Below are positions 6,134 to 15,661 of a stretch of 64,000 bases of DNA, piece by piece. The notes under the pieces are model-generated. The model was not told the origin of the DNA. It ran no database searches and saw nothing but the letters and a program-made list of their open reading frames with translations. The first letter of the stretch is position 1; the number at the start of each line of letters is the position of its first letter. The stretch lies in the IMG/VR virus record IMGVR_UViG_3300027816_000062. One strand, given 5' to 3'. The position numbers and the translations under genes were made by a program. The stretch is from an uncultured virus (IMG/VR IMGVR_UViG_3300027816_000062) (Duplodnaviria > Heunggongvirae > Uroviricota > Caudoviricetes).

Positions 6134-6670
6134 ATGTTTAAAATAGAAAGTCATTTATCTAAGTTGGCCGAGCATTTTTCTCGGCGCGTTCACAGTGAGA
6201 CGGGCTGCACTTATGATGGTGTTGCTTATGACAAGCATTTGGATCATGTTTATGAAGTTTATTATAGATATTCTTATTTGCTTGATGATTCTGTTAAGAC
6301 TTTCGTAGAGTGTGGAATTTGGCTTCATGATGTGATGGAAGACTGTCGTATTTCTTACGAGGAGTTATCTATTATGTTTGGTGTTGAAGTTGCTGATTTG
6401 GTGTATGCGTTGACGAATGAGTTGGGTAAAACTCGATCTGATATTGTGAAGCGTACATATCCGAAAATCCGCGATCATGGTGATTTGGCTATTTTCGTAA
6501 AGCTTTGTGATCGTATTGCGAATACAGAGGCTTCTTTACGTGATGGTAATGAAAAGTACCGATCATTATATTTTCTTGAGTATTTTTATTTTAAGCAAGC
6601 TTTAAAGACTGATGCTTGGGATATCATGTGGCTACATTTGGATTCTTTGCATACGAGGCTTTGCGAATAA
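6134..6670 (+). CDS. HD-domain hydrolase, SpoT/Mesh1-like
   Basis: Y..HL..V, WLHDVMED, FG.EVADLV.ALT, VKLCDRIAN motifs. Confidence 0.8.
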   Translation: MFKIESHLSKLAEHFSRRVHSETGCTYDGVAYDKHLDHVYEVYYRYSYLLDDSVKTFVECGIWLHDVMEDCRISYEELSIMFGVEVADLVYALTNELGKTRSDIVKRTYPKIRDHGDLAIFVKLCDRIANTEASLRDGNEKYRSLYFLEYFYFKQALKTDAWDIMWLHLDSLHTRLCE

Positions 6671-6673
6671 TTT

Positions 6674-7219
6674 ATGCGTTATTTTTTTGACACTGAGTTT
6701 TTCGAAGACGGCAAGACTATTGATTTAATTTCCATTGGTGTTGTTGCTGAAGATGGCCGCACCTTTTACGCAATTTCTTCTGAATTTGATGTTGATCGTG
6801 TATTAGATGATCCGTGGATGCGCGATCATGTTTGGTCTTTTATCAAGGATGATTACGAGCATGGAAATACTTTAAGCCGCGAGGAAATAGCTGTTAAGTT
6901 TTTAGATTTCGTTGCTCCTCACCATCACTGGGATATTTTGCATATGAATATTCTGCCATTTGATTCCCCTTATGATTCGGAGTTATGGGGATATTACTGT
7001 GCTTATGATTGGGTGGCTGTTCGCCAACTATATGGCAAGATGATTAACGGTCCACGAGGATTACCTCATTATTGCAATGATATTATGCAATATCGCGGCA
7101 AGTTGGGTGAGATTGCTTTGCCTCGCATACCCGAAAAGGATCGGCATCATGCTTTAGCAGATGCTGAAGAAGTAAAGCTGATGTTCGAATATTTGCGTGA
7201 AATTGAGGCGAATAAATAA
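6674..7219 (+). CDS. 3'-5' exoribonuclease, Rv2179c/RNase AS-like (DEDDh)
   Basis: YFFDTEF...DLISIGVV.EDGR.FYA, AYDWV, HHALADA. Confidence 0.85.
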   Translation: MRYFFDTEFFEDGKTIDLISIGVVAEDGRTFYAISSEFDVDRVLDDPWMRDHVWSFIKDDYEHGNTLSREEIAVKFLDFVAPHHHWDILHMNILPFDSPYDSELWGYYCAYDWVAVRQLYGKMINGPRGLPHYCNDIMQYRGKLGEIALPRIPEKDRHHALADAEEVKLMFEYLREIEANK

Positions 7220-7239
7220 GTTAAAATCTTCAAGAGAAT

Positions 7240-7686
7240 TTATTTATTTCTCTTGAAGATTTTCTTCCACCACGGTTGTGGATCATCAATTTTTGGTTTT
7301 GTGTTTTGTATAGGATCGGGGAATTTTGGATGAAAGATTTGTCTTTCATTTTCGATCATTGTTGCGTTATTAATTTGGTTAATCGCCCAGTTTGCTTTTT
7401 GTATGAGAAAGTCTTCAACTTTTGTTTTTTCTCTTTTTCTCTTACCCATTTCATCGATCATTTTAAAGTATGCTTCTTCGGCTTCTTCTGGCGTTGCGTT
7501 TGGAGAAATTCCTAATACATAGAATGGATTTTCTATAACTTGTGCCAATCTTTTCATTACATCCGTGGATGCTGTTTTAATAGCAAGTTGTTTTGTAATT
7601 TCGTCGGCCAATTTATAAAGCCCCATTGAATCCGCGATTTGTGCGAGTTCACAGTATTCATTTATAGAATTCAATGGGTTCATCAT
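7240..7686 (-). CDS. Protein with shared helical N-terminal motif and degenerate J-domain-like segment
   Basis: LAQIADSMGLYKLADEI...TDVMKRLAQ then NPFYVLGISPNATPEEAEEAY; no HPD. Confidence 0.7.
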   Translation of the reverse strand: MMNPLNSINEYCELAQIADSMGLYKLADEITKQLAIKTASTDVMKRLAQVIENPFYVLGISPNATPEEAEEAYFKMIDEMGKRKREKTKVEDFLIQKANWAINQINNATMIENERQIFHPKFPDPIQNTKPKIDDPQPWWKKIFKRNK

Positions 7687-8207
7687 TACTGTCGATTTTG
7701 GAGCGCCTTTTGGCTAGCAATTTGTGCATCAAATGCGCTAAGTGTTTTGATACCAAATTCGAGTGATTGTTTGCTTGATTTCAGATGTTGTTCAAGCGCG
7801 GCTCTTGTTTCTGATACGTTCTTGCCTTTTCTTGTGATCGCGTCGAATGCCCAGCCAAGATATCTTTTAATAAGTTCATTTTCTGGAGTAGTGGCTTGTG
7901 CTGGTTGCTGTGCATTGGGATTTTGCATAAAGTTCTGCAAAGACTGAGGGGCTTGTACATTTGCTGGCAATGTGTATACGGGACTGGCTAGAGCAGGAGT
8001 TTGAGGAATATTCACCGATCTTAAATCAACTGGTGCCAATGGATTGTAGGAATTTTGCTGTGGCATTTGTTGTGTAAACGGCATGGGGCTAAATTGCGCC
8101 ACTCTTTTCATAACATCCGTGACTACATCTGCTTCTTTGGTCATATTTTGATTATCGAGATCAGATGCGATCCCTGCCAGAGTTTCGAGAATATCTTTGT
8201 TTTCCAT
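7686..8207 (-). CDS. Q/P-rich hypothetical protein with shared helical N-terminal motif
   Basis: LAGIASDLDNQNMTKEADVVTDVMKRVAQ. Confidence 0.75.
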   Translation of the reverse strand: MENKDILETLAGIASDLDNQNMTKEADVVTDVMKRVAQFSPMPFTQQMPQQNSYNPLAPVDLRSVNIPQTPALASPVYTLPANVQAPQSLQNFMQNPNAQQPAQATTPENELIKRYLGWAFDAITRKGKNVSETRAALEQHLKSSKQSLEFGIKTLSAFDAQIASQKALQNRQ

Positions 8208-8243
8208 TTTTATCACCGTGGAGAAGTTATTATATATTTTCTT

Positions 8244-9554
8244 TTATTGATTATGAATCCCTTCTTTATTTGGTCTTCCGATAGAATAATATTCATATCC
8301 GATTCGTTTCATTTCTTCTTCTTCGAACATATTTCTTCCGTCAAAAATCCGCGGATTTCTCATTTTCTGTTTAATTTCGCGCCATTTAATGTCTTTGAAT
8401 TCTTTCCATTCTGTAATGATCAGTATCGCGTCTGTGTTTTCGGCTAGTTCTTCGATAGTGTTAGTCCATTGCACATTCGTTAATATTTTTTCAGCATTAT
8501 GTTTGGCCACGGGATCATATACTTTAACGATGGCTCCTTCCTTGACAAGTTTTTGAATAATTGGAATTGACCTAGCGTCTCTCATATCATCAGTATCGGG
8601 TTTAAATGCAACTCCGAGCACTCCGATAATTTTGTCATTGACTCCATTGAGATTCGTTTGAATTTTTTGGATAAATTCTTTAGGCATTTGTTCATTAATT
8701 TCTTTAGTTGCTTTAAGCATTTTGAAATCATATCCGATTTGATCGGCGATATGGATAAGTGCGCTTGTATCTTTCCCGAAGCAGCTTCCACCCCATCCTA
8801 TTCCAGCCCCGAGGAATTTATCTCCGATTCTATGATCGAGTCCCATTCCTCTTGCCACTTCTTTTACATCGGCCCCGACTTGTTCGCATATTTGTGCAAT
8901 GGCGTTGATAAAGCTAATTTTCGTGGCGAGGAATGCGTTTGATGCATATTTAATCATTTCGGCGCTAATTGTATCTGTGAGGAAAACTTGTGTTTGTAGT
9001 TCTTGATATGCTTCGATCAATTTCTCCGCGGTTTTCCAGTTATCTGTTCCGATCACGATTCTATCTCCATTCATAGCGTCATGGATTGCGCATCCTTCTC
9101 TAAGGAATTCTGGATTACTTACGACATCGAATGTTGTTGGAAATTTTTGATATTTTTGAATAATTTCTTTGACTCTATGTGCTGTTCCAGGGGGTACTGT
9201 GGATTTATTCACCACGATGATATGTTCTCTCATGGACTCTCCGATTTCTTTCGCAACATTATCAATATATTGCAGATCGGGGCTGCCGTCTTCTTTTTCT
9301 GGAGTTCCCACGCACACAAAGACAATTTCGCCCCAGTTTGCGGCTTGTTCCACCGTGTTTCCGTAGAATATTTGTGCTTTAGCGTCTTCGATCATATCTT
9401 GGAGTTCTGGCTCATAGATAGGGCATTCTCCATTTTTGAGTTTTTTAATTTTTTCTGGATCACTATCTACGCACATAACATCGTGCCCGATGTTTGCCAT
9501 GATTGCTGTTTGCACGAGTCCCACATATCCTGCTCCGATCACGCTAATTCTCAT
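8244..9554 (-). CDS. ugd: UDP-glucose/GDP-mannose 6-dehydrogenase
   Basis: GAGYVG Rossmann motif, KSTVPPGT, SNPEFLREG, GGSCFGKD, AFKPDTDDMR. Confidence 0.95.
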   Translation of the reverse strand: MRISVIGAGYVGLVQTAIMANIGHDVMCVDSDPEKIKKLKNGECPIYEPELQDMIEDAKAQIFYGNTVEQAANWGEIVFVCVGTPEKEDGSPDLQYIDNVAKEIGESMREHIIVVNKSTVPPGTAHRVKEIIQKYQKFPTTFDVVSNPEFLREGCAIHDAMNGDRIVIGTDNWKTAEKLIEAYQELQTQVFLTDTISAEMIKYASNAFLATKISFINAIAQICEQVGADVKEVARGMGLDHRIGDKFLGAGIGWGGSCFGKDTSALIHIADQIGYDFKMLKATKEINEQMPKEFIQKIQTNLNGVNDKIIGVLGVAFKPDTDDMRDARSIPIIQKLVKEGAIVKVYDPVAKHNAEKILTNVQWTNTIEELAENTDAILIITEWKEFKDIKWREIKQKMRNPRIFDGRNMFEEEEMKRIGYEYYSIGRPNKEGIHNQ

Positions 9555-9617
9555 ATTTACTACTTATACCTTATAATTGCTTATTTTTCCTAATTGATTA
9601 TCGTATTACATTTAGTT

Positions 9618-9878
9618 ATGGACATGAAAACATTTATTAGTGAGTTGTCTGATGGCGAGGCTCTTTTTATTGATGGTTTTGACAATGCTTTATTGCACCC
9701 TTGTCATGTTTGGCATGGTTCCTCAGCAGTCACTGTTGCCGCGTATAGCCACAATCGTTTGATTGACATTTTATGTTCTCGTGATGGAATGTCAATCGAG
9801 GATGCTGAAGAGTACATTTCTTTCAACATCCTCGGTGCTTACATGGGGACTCACACCCCTGTTGTTTTATTTGATTGA
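9618..9878 (+). CDS. Hypothetical phage protein
   Basis: DGFDNA...AYS...DGMS.EDAEEY.SFNILGAYMG..TP pattern; fills the intergenic gap. Confidence 0.65.
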   Translation: MDMKTFISELSDGEALFIDGFDNALLHPCHVWHGSSAVTVAAYSHNRLIDILCSRDGMSIEDAEEYISFNILGAYMGTHTPVVLFD

Positions 9879-10006
9879 CTTATCGCTTCGAATTAAAGAT
9901 TTCTATTGTTTGATAGATTTTGCTTTCCCACATGGCCGCGATTAGGCTTGGGTTTATGATCGCGGCAGTGATCGCTCCGATCACTAGAAGAACATTGTGA
10001 TTTATT

Positions 10007-10693
10007 TTATTCTGTGTCATCTTCATAATCTTCCTCATAGTATGAGTTAATGTATTGCATCCACGGATCATTTTCGGGTGGATTCATTTCTTTCATAAGA
10101 AATGGTGCAACTTCTTGTGTAAGAAATTCAATAAAGTCTTCGACTTTGCTATCAATTTCCACCCATTCAATATTCCCCGTAAGTGCGGCGGTTCCGTTTC
10201 CAGAAAGTTCGAACTTATATGGTTTATACTGCATGATACCAAGTCTTGTGATCGGGAACAGATGCAAATCTCTGGGATCATTATTCATAAGCGCATATGC
10301 ATAAGCCTGCAGTTGTCTTGTATAGAACTGCATTTTCCCGCCTATATTATTGCTTGCTTTATAATCGATGACTCCAAATGTCCCGTCTTCAAATTGCAGA
10401 GCTGCATCAATTTTGCCTCTAATAATAAATTCGAATTGATCTTCGATCACGAGTGGTTTTGATTGCACCCATGCATCTGAGTGCACAATTTTCGCATTAG
10501 GCAGGAGTGGATCAAGTTCTTTTAGGTTTTTATTTTCGAGGCATCCTTTCATCACGCCATCGATATCGCCAACGACCTTTGGCATATTCATTCGCGGTCT
10601 TCTAATGCCATGTTTATATTTTTCATAAAATGCCCACGGTTCTTTTTCCCACAGGAATGTAAAATCTGACGGACTAAATACAATTTGTCTCAT
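10007..10693 (-). CDS. PD-(D/E)XK nuclease (RecB/Cas4-like)
   Basis: SPS, RGKIDA, VIDYK, QLQAYAYAL motifs. Confidence 0.85.
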   Translation of the reverse strand: MRQIVFSPSDFTFLWEKEPWAFYEKYKHGIRRPRMNMPKVVGDIDGVMKGCLENKNLKELDPLLPNAKIVHSDAWVQSKPLVIEDQFEFIIRGKIDAALQFEDGTFGVIDYKASNNIGGKMQFYTRQLQAYAYALMNNDPRDLHLFPITRLGIMQYKPYKFELSGNGTAALTGNIEWVEIDSKVEDFIEFLTQEVAPFLMKEMNPPENDPWMQYINSYYEEDYEDDTE

Positions 10694-10755
10694 GTTGTTT
10701 TATTTTAGATGGAGTTCATCTTTTATTTATTCGTGCAAATAGGGTTAGATTTTCA

Positions 10756-11439
10756 TTATTTTTCTTCGATTTTTGGTAATGGCAGTGATCCTCTTTTTTC
10801 AATTATGTTTTCATTTGGATTTAGTTTTTGTTCAGCTACGATCATAATATCATGTAGCCACCATATTTTGTGATGCACTCCTACTATTGTGTCTGTCACA
10901 TAGGGGTGGGTTTCTTTTTTAATTTGATATTGCGCCTTCATTGCGGCCAGGATGGATTTCATTTTGTCGTTACGTGCTTTTTCTGGAATTAGTTCCCATA
11001 TTGCATCGATTTGGCCGCACATCAGGCGCATCATAATGTCACAGCTTTGTGTAACGAGTTGAAGTTCTTCTTCATTAACTTCATGTGTTTTGATTTCATT
11101 TGGTGTGCTTTTAAGCATCATGGCTTGGTTTTTGAATCTCTTATTGAGTCCTGTTGCCATTTGTCCTTTTTTACTGATTTTAAGTATATTTAGGTATTTG
11201 CCTGGGGGCAATTGTGTGCAGAGTGTTTCTATGTTCATTAGTTCTAATCGTAGCGCCTGAATTGTTGCATCAAACTCTTGAGCCTCGACCTTGAGTCTTT
11301 TGATTTGTGCGGTTCTATTTTTTGCGATCAGATCGGCGACTTTGTTTAATTCTCCTCTTGCAATACATCGTGTTATTGCCATAGCTTCTGCTATGGTTTT
11401 GTATTGTATTCTATTCATGTGGAGTATATATTTTTTCAT
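10756..11439 (-). CDS. Hypothetical protein
   Basis: 227-aa ORF co-oriented with its neighbours. Confidence 0.7.
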   Translation of the reverse strand: MKKYILHMNRIQYKTIAEAMAITRCIARGELNKVADLIAKNRTAQIKRLKVEAQEFDATIQALRLELMNIETLCTQLPPGKYLNILKISKKGQMATGLNKRFKNQAMMLKSTPNEIKTHEVNEEELQLVTQSCDIMMRLMCGQIDAIWELIPEKARNDKMKSILAAMKAQYQIKKETHPYVTDTIVGVHHKIWWLHDIMIVAEQKLNPNENIIEKRGSLPLPKIEEK

Positions 11440-11527
11440 ATGATGTCGCAGCGTGTTTTTACAACCGAGGAGTTTTTAGGCCAGCCAAAAATGGCTGGCC
11501 TAAAAACGAACGAGGATGTATTTTGTT

Positions 11528-12154
11528 TTATTGATTTATTAAGTCTTTGTTAATCCAGTTTTGATATATTTCTGGATACTTGTTGTCTCGAAATTCTTGT
11601 ATACTATCATAATATTGATTTTTCTTATCATGGTAGATAATTATTGGTTCTTTTTCGCACGCCATAAGAAACCAATTGAGGATTAGTCTTCCAGTTCTTC
11701 CGTTGCCGTCCAGGAATGGATGTATGACTTCAAAGAGGTGGTGTGTATTCCACGCGGCTTCCACGGGGTCGATTTGATTATCTTGCGCTTGTTTAAGCCA
11801 CGTTTGTGACATTGGCACCCAGAGTTCTCTCATGAGCGACGGCACTAAATAATGTTCGGGCGCGAATTTCCCATTAATTTTTACATTATGATTTCTATAT
11901 GTCCCTCTTGCATTATTGAGTTCAAAAAAATCGACATTTTTCCCAAGTGTGGCATGTAGTGATCGTGGGATAATTTCTGTCACAACTTTGTTTTGTGTTT
12001 TGGCCAGTTCCATGGCTATTTCAAATGCATCTTTTTGATTGTCATAGAGTAATTCTCCTGGTTTGCTGCCAGGAATAAAATCTCCAAAGTAGCCATATTG
12101 TGGGTCAATTTTATTGCTTTCTATTACGAAAGCATCAATATCAAATTTGTTCAT
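11528..12154 (-). CDS. Fic/Doc family protein
   Basis: Canonical HPFLDGNGRTGR motif. Confidence 0.92.
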   Translation of the reverse strand: MNKFDIDAFVIESNKIDPQYGYFGDFIPGSKPGELLYDNQKDAFEIAMELAKTQNKVVTEIIPRSLHATLGKNVDFFELNNARGTYRNHNVKINGKFAPEHYLVPSLMRELWVPMSQTWLKQAQDNQIDPVEAAWNTHHLFEVIHPFLDGNGRTGRLILNWFLMACEKEPIIIYHDKKNQYYDSIQEFRDNKYPEIYQNWINKDLINQ

Positions 12155-12190
12155 TATAATTATATTACGTTTTATTTGCATCCAAAGTGC

Positions 12191-12775
12191 TCATTTCTGT
12201 TTGAAATTGTACTTTTTGATATTATTTTCCGTAATGTTAAAGATAATTATGGGTTTGATTTTTAGCATTGCGTCTTTGATTGCGTTTGCGGTCCCTCCCT
12301 TTTGTGTCCCCGACCACACTGCGATCACTGCGTCTGATTTTTCAATCATCCATTTATTTCTTTTATCCAGCCAGTTCACGGCCTCATAATATTGCCATTG
12401 TGGTGCATTTTCATTTAATTCAATGATTTCTTTTGCTTTAAATTTTTCATATTGTTTTTTATCTGGTTTATAGGCATGTATTTCATCTGCTTTTTGCACA
12501 ATGTTATTCCAGTCATTTTTTTCTTTATTAGGGAATTGTTTAGTTTGTCCTGGGAACGGTATTGCTACGATCAGTTGAATATCGGGGAATTCTTGTTTCA
12601 ATTCGATTACAATTTGCGCAGCGTACATATCAACTCCCATTGCCATCCCGCTAATGAATCGTCTATAATTCTTTTGATATGCTGCTCGAATTAATTTTTC
12701 AAGTGTTTTTTTAACTAGTTCTTCTTTACCTTGCAGTTCTTTTGGTCTATGTCCAGTGAAGCAAATAGTTTTCAT
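12191..12775 (-). CDS. SLOG/YspA (DUF1273-like) protein
   Basis: CFTGHRP, ISGMAMGVD, RNKWM, GGTANA motifs. Confidence 0.88.
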   Translation of the reverse strand: MKTICFTGHRPKELQGKEELVKKTLEKLIRAAYQKNYRRFISGMAMGVDMYAAQIVIELKQEFPDIQLIVAIPFPGQTKQFPNKEKNDWNNIVQKADEIHAYKPDKKQYEKFKAKEIIELNENAPQWQYYEAVNWLDKRNKWMIEKSDAVIAVWSGTQKGGTANAIKDAMLKIKPIIIFNITENNIKKYNFKQK

Positions 12776-12901
12776 ATTTATGTATTAGTTAATTATGATT
12801 TGAAATTCAGGATGTTGTTGTATAAATGTTTTTGTCTGTGCATGAGTCTAGATATTGCCCAGAACATTTCCAGTTATTCTGGACAGAGGTATAAAAACAA
12901 A

Positions 12902-13231
12902 ATGGATTCCAATAAATTTCAGATTTCTCCTCCCGATCCTAACGGTGCTGTTGATACAAGCGCGGCTCCAACGATCACTCCCGAGGAGTACAGAGAGATT
13001 ATTCTGATGCGTCAGCAGGTTTTAGAGATCAAGGCTCAAAAGAGTGATCTTCAAGATTATCTTAGCGCAGTTCAGGCTCGGCTTTCTGAGGCTAATGAAA
13101 AGATTACTAGTATTACAGAATCTTTGCAGTCCAAGGTTTCTGATATTGCAAAGCAGCATGGTATTACTGGGGAGTTTTCTATTTCTGAGACTGAGCCTCA
13201 CACGATCAATATAATTACAAACCAAGATTAA
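12902..13231 (+). CDS. Hypothetical coiled-coil protein
   Basis: GAGG RBS before ATG 12902; terminator ~13248-13291. Confidence 0.7.
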   Translation: MDSNKFQISPPDPNGAVDTSAAPTITPEEYREIILMRQQVLEIKAQKSDLQDYLSAVQARLSEANEKITSITESLQSKVSDIAKQHGITGEFSISETEPHTINIITNQD

Positions 13232-13290
13232 GGCATTGTTTTGGTTTCAATCTGCTTTCCGATTGTTTTCTATCGGCGGCAGATTTTTTT

Positions 13291-13351
13291 TGACTCGATG
13301 CGGCGATGTTCCCGCCCAAAAGGGGCGCGGAACTAGTGGAGCATCGAGTCA
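13291..13351. terminator. Long intergenic hairpin between convergent genes
   Basis: TGACTCGATGC...GCATCGAGTCA with an inner CGCCC-aaaa-GGGGCG stem. Confidence 0.55.
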
Positions 13352-13352
13352 T

Positions 13353-13871
13353 CTATTCTTTAAGGATTGGATAAAATTCTTTTTCAGACACGATGCCGAC
13401 AAAGCTTGATGTCATATCAACGGGAACATCCCATAGTTTCCCTTTTGCCGCTTGTTCTTTTGTGACATCAAGATATTCGCTAACTGATTCAATAAATTCA
13501 TCATCAAGTTTCCACATAATGGGTTTTAGGCCCATGTGGTCAAGTATTTGAAGCGTATACCAAAGCATTTGAATATTTGGGTCACTAGATTTAAAGTCGG
13601 CAGAAAAAACTTCTATTTCAGATGATGCAGCAGCGATCATAATTTCTTTGTTTTCTTTGGTCATCTTTTTAATTTCTGCCTCACGCTTAAGGGCTTGAGA
13701 TTTATTTGCTGCTTTTTCTTTCCATACTAGTTCGACTGGTCTTCTAGATTTGGTATACGCTGCCCCTTTTTTGCTTTGGTTATGTTCTTCGGTCCTTTTT
13801 TGCGGGTCTATTGCGATACCGCAATACAAGGAGTTATCTGCGCACCTAACTATATAAACCCACCATTCCAT
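13353..13871 (-). CDS. GIY-YIG nuclease (UPF0213-like) with C-terminal extension
   Basis: VYIVRCADNSLYCGI...HN..KGAAYTKSRRPV...ALKREAEIK. Confidence 0.88.
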   Translation of the reverse strand: MEWWVYIVRCADNSLYCGIAIDPQKRTEEHNQSKKGAAYTKSRRPVELVWKEKAANKSQALKREAEIKKMTKENKEIMIAAASSEIEVFSADFKSSDPNIQMLWYTLQILDHMGLKPIMWKLDDEFIESVSEYLDVTKEQAAKGKLWDVPVDMTSSFVGIVSEKEFYPILKE

Positions 13872-14055
13872 CTTGTTGTATTTTTCCTATTAATTTAATT
13901 ATTTAATTTTGTGCTCTTCGCACCGTAATGTCTAAATCAGTGTAATAGCTCGTTAAAACCTGCAAAGATTCTTTCAATTGATCGATTTCTTCATATGCGG
14001 CAAAGATTTTCTCATCTGATTTATTTTTGCAGTCAATAATTTCGACTTTTCTAAT

Positions 14056-14670
14056 CTAGGGTGTTGGTTGTTCATTATTTTCTTCTCCTTGTTTTTTTGC
14101 TTCTCTTTTTTCTATTTTGCGTTTTTCTGCTGCTTCTTGCTCGGCTCTGTATTGTTCTTTCGGGTGTCTAAATCTTTTTATAACAATTTCCACTCTTGCA
14201 TTTTCTTTATCAGGTGGTAGCATTGTGTGGCTGCCGTCATCTGTCCAATGAATCCACATATCGTTAGCTATAATGCCATGTTTTTCAATAATATCTCCGA
14301 TAGATTGTTGGTATCCAGTTACGTCTCCCATAACCCATGTATCAACCACGACTTTGAGGCATACGCTCACGCCAAAATCAAGTGGTTCTTTGCCTAGATT
14401 TTTCCAAACTTCTTCACAAAAAGGCTTGCAGTATTTTTCATAACGTTCGTATTGTTCTGATGGAAGAATTCTGGTAAATCCTCCCATTTTGACAACTCTT
14501 TGGTGTGTCTTTTTCGTTGCTGGTCTTCCTGGGATAGTAAATTCAAGAATTGTTTCTCCATCGGGGAGTAATTCTTCTGGAGTCACATTATGAAAAACAA
14601 ATTCTTTTTTGACAGCTGGTTTTGCAGTTTTATTTGCTTTCTTTGGAGATTTTTTGTTTGATTTAGGCAT
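14056..14670 (-). CDS. rusA: RusA-like Holliday junction resolvase
   Basis: FTIPGRPATKK, GD.....SIGD....GIIAND, ARVEIVI. Confidence 0.7.
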   Translation of the reverse strand: MPKSNKKSPKKANKTAKPAVKKEFVFHNVTPEELLPDGETILEFTIPGRPATKKTHQRVVKMGGFTRILPSEQYERYEKYCKPFCEEVWKNLGKEPLDFGVSVCLKVVVDTWVMGDVTGYQQSIGDIIEKHGIIANDMWIHWTDDGSHTMLPPDKENARVEIVIKRFRHPKEQYRAEQEAAEKRKIEKREAKKQGEENNEQPTP

Positions 14671-14724
14671 GATAATGGCTCATAAGTTATTTAAAACCTA
14701 TGAGCCATTATACAATAAAACTTA

Positions 14725-15582
14725 TTAAAGCGGTGTTGTGAATCTGGTATATGTTTCAAAGTCAATTTTTGCTTTTGTTATTTGATTAGCGTTCATTTGT
14801 CTTTCAACATTTTTTCTTATTTGTGTTTGCCCTAGTCCCAGGAATGTTGTTCCTATTTGCAACGATGTTGCGGCAGTTGTTGCAATTAACTGTCCTGGTT
14901 GTTGCAATCTAATATCGAGGTCGCTAAATTGTGCTGGTGTTGCCAGTGCTGTTACGCTTCCGCTGACGTGATATCCCTGTATGCCAAAATAAGGTGCTTG
15001 GCTACCAGTGTTAATTAAATAGTTTTCGCTAATAGTAAAGTTAATGTTTATGCTTCCTGTAAGAATTGCATAAGTTTGTGTTTCTTGTGAATCTTGTATT
15101 GTCAAGAATGTGTCATAAAATCTTGCTACTCGCGATATAAAATCTGGCGGCAAGACATCAACTGCATAGTGTGCATTAAACGCGCCTGGAATGCTTGACC
15201 AAAATTCTAGATCACATGTTACGCCTTCTTGTGCAATATTGATGGTCGCTTGCTTAAGTAGGTAGTTTTCGTTTCCCTGTGTTGTTGGGTCTCTTAAAAG
15301 ATTAAAAGAGTATTTAATTAAATCAAAGGCGTCTGTTGTGGTGTCAGATGTATTTGGATTAAGTTCAATAATTAGCGCTGGGGTTTTAATTCGGGTTATC
15401 CACTTAACTCCACCAACGTTCATAACGTGCGTTCCAATATCTCCTTGCATAAGGAGTTTGGGTTCTACTTCTTGTGCTTGGGTTTCGCTCCAGCTTTCAA
15501 ACAGCCTAATGAATCCCGCTCCATCGCGGAAATAATACCATGTTGAAATATATTCTGGCGGCAGGATGGGCATATTTTTCAC
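14725..15582 (-). CDS. Hypothetical protein (possibly structural, T/I-rich)
   Basis: 285-aa ORF; composition only. Confidence 0.65.
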   Translation of the reverse strand: MKNMPILPPEYISTWYYFRDGAGFIRLFESWSETQAQEVEPKLLMQGDIGTHVMNVGGVKWITRIKTPALIIELNPNTSDTTTDAFDLIKYSFNLLRDPTTQGNENYLLKQATINIAQEGVTCDLEFWSSIPGAFNAHYAVDVLPPDFISRVARFYDTFLTIQDSQETQTYAILTGSININFTISENYLINTGSQAPYFGIQGYHVSGSVTALATPAQFSDLDIRLQQPGQLIATTAATSLQIGTTFLGLGQTQIRKNVERQMNANQITKAKIDFETYTRFTTPL

Positions 15583-15661
15583 CGATTGTTTTGAAAATTA
15601 AGCTAGTAGCGCCGTCAATGCGAAGCCAACAATCAGTATATTTTTCCACAGCTTTGTGTTT

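Noticed and set aside
7430..7535. Functional DnaJ co-chaperone
   Set aside because: J-like helices I-II only; HPD motif missing
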